Shown here: in pieces, positions 1-6,909 of the stretch
How positions within the stretch are numbered: the first letter of the stretch is position 1
Layout: every line of letters begins with the position of its first letter
Origin: a virus
Taxonomy: Duplodnaviria > Heunggongvirae > Uroviricota > Caudoviricetes
Virus record (IMG/VR): IMGVR_UViG_2778261180_000005
Direction: 5' to 3' (one strand)
Length of the DNA stretch: 36,121 bases
Notes under the pieces: generated by a model
Databases searched by the model: none
Told to the model about the DNA's origin: nothing
Seen by the model: only the letters and a program-made list of their open reading frames with translations
Made by a program: the position numbers and the translations under genes

Positions 1-387
1 ATGTTCAATATCATGATTCGTAAATTTGGCGAGATGACTTTCGAGAAAGCTGGTGTTGCTCGTACCGAAGAAGAAGCAATGGCCTTAGTTCTGGTAGCAC
101 TGAGATCATCACCTGAGATTATCGACGCTGAATATGTAGCTGCTGAGGGTGAGATTAAAGAGATTAAAGCGGTGGCTAAGGAATTAGGTGTTAAAGGTTT
201 CCGTAAGCTGAGACTATCCCGCGAGTCATATGTAATTGGTAAGCAAGGACAATACCTAGATGAGAATACCGTGATTATTCTACTGAATAAGATCACCCGC
301 TATGGTTTCCAGATTGAGCAATATAAAACGTGTTTCGAATTATACGAAAAAGGTTTGCTGGATACTCTGACCATCGTTCGCGCTTAA
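1..387 (+). CDS. hypothetical protein (128 aa; could extend upstream of the window)
   Basis: Intact ORF starting at the window edge, followed by hairpin GGTGGG-7nt-CCCACC (402-420). No recognisable motif. Confidence 0.5.
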   Translation: MFNIMIRKFGEMTFEKAGVARTEEEAMALVLVALRSSPEIIDAEYVAAEGEIKEIKAVAKELGVKGFRKLRLSRESYVIGKQGQYLDENTVIILLNKITRYGFQIEQYKTCFELYEKGLLDTLTIVRA

Positions 388-443
388 TTAATTTCTAATT
401 TGGTGGGTGTAATTCCCACCGCTGTTTAAATGGAGAATCAAAC

Positions 444-524
444 ATGTTAGCTTTTATCTCATTCGTGGGAGGTAGTCTCACAACTATGATTAGTCTTGCT
501 TATCTTGTCGTTAGTATGGGGTGA
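444..524 (+). CDS. putative 26-aa hydrophobic peptide (MLAFISFVGGSLTTMISLAYLVVSMG)
   Basis: Below the ORF-track cutoff. GGAG 8 nt upstream of the ATG. Almost entirely one hydrophobic helix. The next mini-ORF starts 3 nt after its stop. Confidence 0.35.
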   Translation: MLAFISFVGGSLTTMISLAYLVVSMG

Positions 525-527
525 GCA

Positions 528-653
528 ATGAAACAATTTCATGATGGCATTTCATCTAAGACATTCAAGAAAGAATATAGCGGATTGTGTATTAACTGGA
601 TGGATTTGATTGGCGCGGTTGTGTTTGGTCTGATTATTAGTATTAACTTTTAA
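528..653 (+). CDS. putative 41-aa membrane peptide
   Basis: SD GGGGTGAG just upstream. C-terminal hydrophobic helix LIGAVVFGLIISINF. Followed by the palindrome ACGATATA-AA-TATATCGT (653-670). Confidence 0.4.
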   Translation: MKQFHDGISSKTFKKEYSGLCINWMDLIGAVVFGLIISINF

Positions 654-698
654 CGATATAAATATATCGTAATTCAAACAACAAGAGGAAATTCTACT

Positions 699-944
699 AT
701 GAAAAAGATTATCGCTGGTGTTGTTCTTGCTCTGGGTTTGGTTGGTGCTGCGAATGCCGAACAATATGTACAGGGTGATAGTGTCAAACGTGCTGCCGTT
801 GCACCTTCTTTAAATCAACTGTGTACTGAATTAGCACAGGTTGCCGGAGTTGGTGACGATGACGACTTTATTACTGCGTGTGTATGGAGTCATATCGAGG
901 ATATTAATAAACGTGATGCAAAACTAACTGGAAAGAAATATTAA
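699..944 (+). CDS. small secreted protein (81 aa) with Sec signal peptide
   Basis: N-terminus MKKIIAGVVLALGLVGAANA/EQ is a canonical signal peptide with an AxA cleavage site. SD GAGGAA. A terminator follows. Confidence 0.7.
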   Translation: MKKIIAGVVLALGLVGAANAEQYVQGDSVKRAAVAPSLNQLCTELAQVAGVGDDDDFITACVWSHIEDINKRDAKLTGKKY

Positions 945-960
945 TGACTTACTAACCAAT

Positions 961-1000
961 GCCCCTATCGTTATAATACGCGGTAGGGGCGTTTTTGTTT
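961..1000 (+). terminator. rho-independent terminator
   Basis: GCCCCTATCG / CGGTAGGGGC stem (one G.T pair), 10-nt loop, then TTTTT. The loop contains TATAAT (973-978). Confidence 0.7.
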
Positions 1001-1009
1001 GGAAATGGT

Positions 1010-2689
1010 ATGAAAACTAAACTGTATTCGTATATTCGCTTCTCGTCTATGAAGCAAGCGGATGGTAGTTCTTATGAACGCCAGAAGAGAACAGCCGCAG
1101 AGATAGCCGCAAAATATGATCTTGAGCTAGTTACAAGCTATCAGGATTTTGGTGTATCTGCATTCAAAGGGGCTAACAGTAGAACAGGTGCACTATCTCG
1201 CTTTCTGGATGAGATTGGTCGATCCGTTCCGGTTGGTAGCTGGCTGGTTGTGGAAAACTTAGACCGTATCTCTCGCCAATCCATCATTGAAGCACAAGAG
1301 CTATTTCTCTCGATTATCCGTAGGGGAATAACTATCGTAACTGGCATGGATGGTAAGGTCTATAGCAAGGAATCGGTTAATGCCAATCCTATTGATTTGC
1401 TGTTGAGTGTCATGTTGTTTGCGAGAGCTAACGAGGAAAGTCAGACTAAGCGCAATCGTACTAACTCAAGCGCATTGATTAAGATTAAAGCTCATCAAGA
1501 AAATCCACAAAATCCGGCTGTTGCAATCGAGGAAATTGGAAAGAATATGTGGTGGACTGATACCACATCTGGTTATGTGCTTCCTCATCCGGTCTTCTTC
1601 CCTATTGTTCAGGAAGTTGTGGAATTACGCAGGAATGGACGGTCAACCGCCGAGATACTGGATCACCTTAACGCGACATACACACCACCACCAGCCGCAA
1701 GTCACAAGAGGCATTCAAACTGGTCACGGGCAATGATTGAAAGGTTGTTCCATACCCGCGCTTTGATTGGTATCAAGGAAATCTCTGTAGATGGCGTTAA
1801 GTATGAGTTAAAGGATTATTATCCTCGTGTGCTAGATGACGCTGAGTTTTATCACCTTAAGAAAAGCATTGGTGTTAGAGCATGTAACTATGGAGACAAG
1901 GAAGAAGTTAAACCTATTCCCTTGCTTAGTGGTGTTGGTCTATTGAAATGTGAACATTGCGGTTCCGCTATGGTTAAGGTGAAAGGAACTAACAAACGTC
2001 CTAACCAATATCGTTATTCATGCGATGCAATGCGCTCTAGTCGTATTGCATGTGTGCATACAAACTGGAGTTTTCGAGGTGATCAATTAGAGAAAGCTGT
2101 ATTGCAATTGCTGGCTGATAAAATCTGGATTGCTGAGGATAAGGCTAATCCGGTTCCGGCTTTGAAAGTACAGATTGATGAAATATCACGCAAGATTGAT
2201 AACCTGATTACCCTTTCTGCTATGACAGGAGCAACGAAGGAGCTAGCCGATCAGATTACTACCCTCAATAGCGAGCGTGAAACACTCTACAATCAAATTA
2301 AGATGGCAGAAGAGGAAATGTATTCTGTTGACTCTCAAGGCTGGGAGAAGCTCGCAGAATTTGATTTAGAAGATGTTTACAACGAGGATCGCATTAAGGT
2401 CCGGTTTAAGATTAAGCAAGCTCTAAAACGGATCGGGTGTAGCAGGATTGACAAGTACAAAAACTTGTTTGTACTGGAATACATCGATGGCAAGACCCAG
2501 AGAGTTGTAATAGAAAATTCAAGAGGACCGAGGAAAGGCCGGATCTTCGTTGATTTGAAAACTATCAATGATAGACAGATTCTGGAAAGTAACGGGCTTG
2601 TTTTGCATCCATGTTTAGACATGCTGACAGATAAGAACTGGAAACCAGAAGAGGAAATACCAGGTCCATTACAGGAATTTGGAATTTAA
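1010..2689 (+). CDS. large serine recombinase (integrase-type), 559 aa from ATG 1010
   Basis: N-terminal resolvase-type catalytic domain (YSYIRFSSMKQ...SYERQ). Central recombinase domain. Zn-ribbon CEHCGS...YSCD...IACVH. C-terminal coiled coil. The track start at 995 is a TTG inside the terminator T-run, so ATG 1010 is preferred. Confidence 0.9.
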   Translation: MKTKLYSYIRFSSMKQADGSSYERQKRTAAEIAAKYDLELVTSYQDFGVSAFKGANSRTGALSRFLDEIGRSVPVGSWLVVENLDRISRQSIIEAQELFLSIIRRGITIVTGMDGKVYSKESVNANPIDLLLSVMLFARANEESQTKRNRTNSSALIKIKAHQENPQNPAVAIEEIGKNMWWTDTTSGYVLPHPVFFPIVQEVVELRRNGRSTAEILDHLNATYTPPPAASHKRHSNWSRAMIERLFHTRALIGIKEISVDGVKYELKDYYPRVLDDAEFYHLKKSIGVRACNYGDKEEVKPIPLLSGVGLLKCEHCGSAMVKVKGTNKRPNQYRYSCDAMRSSRIACVHTNWSFRGDQLEKAVLQLLADKIWIAEDKANPVPALKVQIDEISRKIDNLITLSAMTGATKELADQITTLNSERETLYNQIKMAEEEMYSVDSQGWEKLAEFDLEDVYNEDRIKVRFKIKQALKRIGCSRIDKYKNLFVLEYIDGKTQRVVIENSRGPRKGRIFVDLKTINDRQILESNGLVLHPCLDMLTDKNWKPEEEIPGPLQEFGI

Positions 2690-2725
2690 GCGGCCTAAAT
2701 CGACGTATAACGAGCTAAAACAGTT

Positions 2726-2750
2726 AAGGGGTACATTCGTACCCCTTTTG
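2726..2750 (+). terminator. rho-independent terminator (possibly bidirectional)
   Basis: GGGGTAC-ATTC-GTACCCC followed by TTTT. AA upstream pairs with the T-run. Confidence 0.75.
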
Positions 2751-2762
2751 AATTTAATTGCG

Positions 2763-3761
2763 TTAGAGAGCCTCTAAAGGGCTTAAATCGAGTTCTAAGT
2801 TTTCCGGTGTTAAATCAGCTAACGGTGCATTCATCCACTGCGATAAATCTCGTTCTATGTCTTCATCACTAATGTAGTTGTTCAGATTGATTGCGTTGGT
2901 ATCATCAAAATACATTGGCTTAGATGGGTTGGTGTGGATGTATTCATTGATGAATGATTTAACATCTTTCAGCTTGCTAATCGGTAGCGTTTCTGTGAAT
3001 CCGCTATTCATTACCTTACGTGGGATTTTCTTGCCCTGAATATTCTTTTTAATCCCCATTTCTAAATCACCAGCTTTCCATCCAATGTTAAACAAATGTG
3101 AGCATTCAAAGGTGATTTTCTCGCTGGTGTGCTTCTGGTGTTCTCTTACCCGTTGCATCGGATCTTTGCGAGTGGTAATTCCATATTTGAAAAACTTCTC
3201 GCCAACACGAATTAGATAAAAGTGCATAGGGCGCTGTGCAAACTTGTTTCTGATAACCTGTTTTCTACCATTCTGAATTGATTTAAGTACACCCCTAACC
3301 AAAGGGCATGTTAACCCGCCTTGTCTGCGGTTATTGTGTAAATCACCTTTCTTGTGAATCTTTCCGTGGCACTTACAACGAAGAATTAGTTTAGTGTCAA
3401 CACCCTGATAAGGTTCAGCCAGACCTAACACATCCCACCCTATCGGCTTGTAGAACTTGCGAGCGTTTTCTAAGTGTTCTTCTTCGGTAAATCTAAACTT
3501 CTTCTTAGGCGGTGATACTCTATCTTTGCCAGTAAACTGACCAGTTAGAACATGACTAATACATGGCGTTTTAACCTTTCCGTTAACTTCTATGCAAACT
3601 TTGGTGTTCTGGAATGGTTTCTTTACAGGAAGCACAAAACCACTGTATAACCATCCATGCGCTTGACAAACTTTAATGATTCTGGTTTCATATTCGACCG
3701 GAGGGGTCGCACGTTTGCTTTTTGCGGTAAATTCGATATCCTTTGCTAAAGTAGTATTCAT
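2763..3761 (-). CDS. T5orf172/GIY-YIG-superfamily nuclease-like protein (332 aa from ATG 3761)
   Basis: Motif HFYLIRVGEKFFKYGITTRKDPMQRVREH ... SGFTETL. Two N-terminal Cys/His-containing repeat modules. SD GAGGA before ATG 3761. The upstream 47 codons of the track ORF lack an SD. Confidence 0.7.
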   Translation of the reverse strand: MNTTLAKDIEFTAKSKRATPPVEYETRIIKVCQAHGWLYSGFVLPVKKPFQNTKVCIEVNGKVKTPCISHVLTGQFTGKDRVSPPKKKFRFTEEEHLENARKFYKPIGWDVLGLAEPYQGVDTKLILRCKCHGKIHKKGDLHNNRRQGGLTCPLVRGVLKSIQNGRKQVIRNKFAQRPMHFYLIRVGEKFFKYGITTRKDPMQRVREHQKHTSEKITFECSHLFNIGWKAGDLEMGIKKNIQGKKIPRKVMNSGFTETLPISKLKDVKSFINEYIHTNPSKPMYFDDTNAINLNNYISDEDIERDLSQWMNAPLADLTPENLELDLSPLEAL

Positions 3762-3796
3762 ATTAGTGTCCTCGAAAATAATAAGTTCACTACTAT

Positions 3797-4249
3797 TTAT
3801 TGAGAAAAATTTGTTGTAATGGTTGAAGACCACGGGCATGAGTAGTAACCACGACCGCCACCGATCAAGCAAATGGTCGGACGGAAGCCAGTAAGATCGC
3901 AAAATGAATCAGTGTCATGTGCTGGGGAACGATGCTCTGCTTCGTTAGAGAAAATGTTGGCTACCGGAGATTCCACTTTAACTTCCGGTGCTTCTTCAAC
4001 ATCTGACTTAACTTCTTCGACCACTGGTTCAACTGCCGGAGATTCTTCTTTTGTTTCTTCAATGACGATCTCAGGTTCTTTCATTGCTTCAACCAGAGAC
4101 GGATCAACTTCGTCGAATACCACTTTATCATCTGCGGTGTCTGCTGCCAGAATAAGATCGTTAATACTGGTTCCTTCTGCCGGAGTTTCTTCTTCCATTT
4201 CGGAAGCCAGTTTAGTTAATTCGGTTTCTACGAACTCGATCATCAACAT
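3797..4249 (-). CDS. hypothetical highly acidic protein (150 aa)
   Basis: About 30 D/E in the first ~100 residues. Same strand as the 332-aa nuclease-like gene and 35 nt upstream of it. Weak SD. The antisense S/T-rich ORF is judged an artefact. Confidence 0.45.
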   Translation of the reverse strand: MLMIEFVETELTKLASEMEEETPAEGTSINDLILAADTADDKVVFDEVDPSLVEAMKEPEIVIEETKEESPAVEPVVEEVKSDVEEAPEVKVESPVANIFSNEAEHRSPAHDTDSFCDLTGFRPTICLIGGGRGYYSCPWSSTITTNFSQ

Positions 4250-4289
4250 TAAAGGTAATGCCTATAAGATAAATTAAGTGAGGTTTTTT

Positions 4290-4871
4290 ATGATGAATGA
4301 TGTGCGCAAAGCATGTGATATCCCGTTCAATTTTATCCGCACCAAAAATGGCAAAGCGCCATCACATCCAATTGATATGGAAGCAAGGATCGTGACCCGT
4401 ATTGAAAACGAGGGTTTACCCTTGATTTATCACGGATTCAAAGGTGAGTATAAATCAATCAATAGCCGTATTGTGCTAGAGTGTGAAAGCTGCGCAAGAA
4501 TCAGAGATATAACAGCAAAACAATTCTTACATAATCCTACTGTGTGCCCGTGTAATCGTAGCAAATATGACAACAAATATAAAAATGGGCAACCAGTATT
4601 ATATGTTATGCGGTGTGGTGATGTGGGTAAGGTTGGAGTAAGTCACAATGTGTTGACGAGAAAACATAAGCTAAGATGCCAGAATAAGATGAAATTTGAT
4701 ATCATCGAGACTTTCGAATTTCAAGACGAAAAAGACGCATACGCGGCAGAATTGTTTATCAAGAAAAACCTAGTAAAAGGTGATTTTGATATTAAAGAAG
4801 GTGCTACAGAAACGTTTGTTTATAATGAAAAAATGGTCAGAAATATAGCTAACGTCGCCAGCATATTCTAA
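4290..4871 (+). CDS. T5orf172/GIY-YIG-like protein (193 aa from ATG 4290)
   Basis: Motif PVLYVMRCGDVGKVGVSHNVLTRKHKL ... EGATETF. The N-terminal module (EARIVTRIENEG...LECESC...CPCN) is paralogous to the modules of the 332-aa protein. SD GTGAGG. Confidence 0.65.
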   Translation: MMNDVRKACDIPFNFIRTKNGKAPSHPIDMEARIVTRIENEGLPLIYHGFKGEYKSINSRIVLECESCARIRDITAKQFLHNPTVCPCNRSKYDNKYKNGQPVLYVMRCGDVGKVGVSHNVLTRKHKLRCQNKMKFDIIETFEFQDEKDAYAAELFIKKNLVKGDFDIKEGATETFVYNEKMVRNIANVASIF

Positions 4872-4872
4872 C

Positions 4873-4902
4873 AAAAAAGCGCCCACTAGAGGCGCTTTAA
4901 TT
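4873..4902. terminator. bidirectional rho-independent terminator between convergent genes
   Basis: AGCGCC-7nt-GGCGCT stem flanked by an A-run upstream and a T-rich run downstream. Confidence 0.7.
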
Positions 4903-5256
4903 TTATCCATTCCACCGTGATTTTTTTGATCTGGAATCAATATGCGTAAAGGTTTTATATTTTCCTAAGCCGTATTGAGTAGGATATTTCCCATCAAGAT
5001 AAGCATGGACAATATCAGGGGAGACACCCTTGACCACAATGTCAGCCGCACGGCCTCGAACGTGATAGCTGTTGGTTGCCCCGCCTACATTCTTGTTATG
5101 AGCCGGGCAACGGTTGCCACTGTTAATAATCACTGGTTTACCGAAGTGTTCTCGTACATCCTCAAGAATTACCAGTAATTCAGCGTCGATTGTATCATAA
5201 TCACATTTTCCGCATTTACATTTAAATTCCTTGCGAGAAAAATGTTTGCTTAACAT
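4903..5256 (-). CDS. peptidase M15 family cell-wall hydrolase (endolysin candidate)
   Basis: SGNRCPAHNKNVGGATNSYHVRGRAADI ... THIDSR carries the H/D/H zinc ligands of M15-type peptidoglycan peptidases. Last gene of the late operon. SD GGGGG. Confidence 0.85.
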   Translation of the reverse strand: MLSKHFSRKEFKCKCGKCDYDTIDAELLVILEDVREHFGKPVIINSGNRCPAHNKNVGGATNSYHVRGRAADIVVKGVSPDIVHAYLDGKYPTQYGLGKYKTFTHIDSRSKKSRWNG

Positions 5257-5265
5257 ATTACCCCC

Positions 5266-5613
5266 TTAGATCATTTCGAAGATATAACCAATAAAGCGCA
5301 TACCCTTGATATAATAAGGAGCAGTGCCTACACACACCGCGCGTGCATCACCCAGACAGTTAAAGCTATAAGGATTAACCACATCAACTTCTTGCCCTAC
5401 ACGAAAACGATATTTAGGACGTTTAGCCAATGTAGCGACACAAAACACGGTCCCTTTTTCATGATCGCGGATACATTCTTTATATTGTTTATGTTTAACT
5501 CTCTTCGCCTCAAAATCATGTGTCATAGATTCTGGGCTAATGCCATTAATAAAAATACCGGAAAGCTGATCGACCGGATAAGTAGGAAATTCAGTGAAAA
5601 TATTTTTAGCCAT
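5266..5613 (-). CDS. hypothetical protein (115 aa)
   Basis: ORF with SD GGGGG, tightly packed in the operon. No motif recognised. Confidence 0.6.
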   Translation of the reverse strand: MAKNIFTEFPTYPVDQLSGIFINGISPESMTHDFEAKRVKHKQYKECIRDHEKGTVFCVATLAKRPKYRFRVGQEVDVVNPYSFNCLGDARAVCVGTAPYYIKGMRFIGYIFEMI

Positions 5614-5651
5614 GTTATACCCCCATAAGTTTCTATGAGGGTATTTATGGA

Positions 5652-6335
5652 TTAAACGTATTTCATGCGCGATTTAATGTGCTTATTGATGTTTTCAAGC
5701 ATCATTGCTTCGTTGCTTTCCCACGATCCTAGCGTCGAATAACGAGTAGAAATTTTATCCGATTTAACGGCAACAATTCGCTTACTCTGTTTCTGTATGC
5801 GTTTCTCTAAGCGACGTTTTGCCACCGCCGATCCATTCTTAGCGCGTTTGGTTCGGGATTTCTTAGGCTTGTACTTCTTCATGATAAAAGTCCCTTCCTT
5901 GTTCTCTACCTTGATGAAGTTGCCATTTTCGATGTTACGCATCATCTTACCGCCTTTGATGGCCTTAATGTTCCCGTGGGAGTCTAAGACCTTGCCGTTA
6001 GCGATTGGAACTAGCTTATTGATTTTGCCACCATCGAAATAGTGTTTCAAATAGTCGTCCTGACTTCCGATCTTCTTGTCCTTATCCCTTGCGCCCTTGA
6101 TGAAGATTTGGTGTCTGGTCCCTGATCGGTTCTTGTAGTTGGTATTACCTACAGCTTGCTGAGTCCAGCGAGTAGGTCTATCAACATTCTTGTTAATCTT
6201 CTTCTGGAGTGCTCTGGAAGCAAAGATCGCCCCTTCCCCTATCGCCCTTTCGAATGTATCGGTTGCCTTTTCAGACCATTGCCGTAACGCTTTCTTAGTC
6301 CTTAGAGCGTTTCGTTTATTGGTACTGGTTGCCAT
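5652..6335 (-). CDS. hypothetical basic protein (227 aa), possible virion/morphogenesis protein
   Basis: Lys/Arg-rich ORF. Its start follows the stop of the upstream mini-ORF by 1 nt. Function not recognisable. Confidence 0.6.
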   Translation of the reverse strand: MATSTNKRNALRTKKALRQWSEKATDTFERAIGEGAIFASRALQKKINKNVDRPTRWTQQAVGNTNYKNRSGTRHQIFIKGARDKDKKIGSQDDYLKHYFDGGKINKLVPIANGKVLDSHGNIKAIKGGKMMRNIENGNFIKVENKEGTFIMKKYKPKKSRTKRAKNGSAVAKRRLEKRIQKQSKRIVAVKSDKISTRYSTLGSWESNEAMMLENINKHIKSRMKYV

Positions 6336-6336
6336 G

Positions 6337-6507
6337 TTAGCCCCCTAATAACGAAAAGACCCCCGCCAGTGTCCTTAGCAATTGTTCGTCCACGGTCATA
6401 GCCGGGAGTTCAAGCCCAAAGGACGTAAGCAGAGGTCTAATTGCTACGTTATAAGTGAGGGCGATAATCAAGAGATAACCAAAATATTTCTTAAGTTTAT
6501 TCTTCAT
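6337..6507 (-). CDS. putative small membrane protein (56 aa), holin candidate
   Basis: Not in the ORF track. MKNKLKKYFGYLLIIALTYNVAIRPLLTSFGLELPAMTVDEQLLRTLAGVFSLLGG. SD AAAGGGG 8 nt upstream. Fills the gap between flanking genes exactly. Confidence 0.45.
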   Translation of the reverse strand: MKNKLKKYFGYLLIIALTYNVAIRPLLTSFGLELPAMTVDEQLLRTLAGVFSLLGG

Positions 6508-6525
6508 ATATTCACCCCTTTATTA

Positions 6526-6804
6526 TTATTTTTGTTTGAGTATGTCGAGAACTTGGTCAAATTTAGCGTCCATCGCAACCACTTTCTTTTCTATACCGTG
6601 AAGGGTTTGTTCCATGCGATAAACTCTCTCGGCGATCTGGTCATGGTTACTTTGCATCGTCTCAAACTTCTGGTTTAACAATGCGTCGCTGGATTCTAAT
6701 TTCGACAATCTATTTTCTGTGGCTAATTGATTTCGGTGAAGTCTCCATAATCCACCACAAATTAAGGCGATAACACCGATACCGCCATATATAATTTCAG
6801 TCAT
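6526..6804 (-). CDS. membrane-anchored coiled-coil protein (92 aa from ATG 6804), holin/spanin-like
   Basis: N-terminal TM IIYGGIGVIALICGGLW followed by a heptad-rich region. SD GGGGG before ATG 6804. The longer track start overlaps the upstream terminator. Confidence 0.6.
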   Translation of the reverse strand: MTEIIYGGIGVIALICGGLWRLHRNQLATENRLSKLESSDALLNQKFETMQSNHDQIAERVYRMEQTLHGIEKKVVAMDAKFDQVLDILKQK

Positions 6805-6849
6805 TACGCCCCCGATATTTTTATATAGTTTAATGGCAAAATTATTTAG

Positions 6850-6891
6850 ATAAAAATAATCCCGCCTAACCACAAAGAATTAAGCGGGATT
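6850..6891 (-). terminator. terminator-like hairpin after the host-specificity gene
   Basis: AATCCCGC / GCGGGATT 8-bp stem with an 18-nt loop, followed on the minus strand by ATTTTTAT. Confidence 0.55.
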
Positions 6892-6909
6892 AATTATAAA
6901 AATTAAATT

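Noticed and set aside
3873-4277. 134-aa Ser/Thr-rich plus-strand ORF
   Set aside because: Mirror image of the acidic minus-strand ORF (GAA/GAT read backwards). I kept the acidic ORF, at modest confidence; neither is certain.
6382-6678. 98-aa plus-strand ORF
   Set aside because: Antisense to the 56-aa and 92-aa minus-strand genes inside a tightly packed minus-strand operon.
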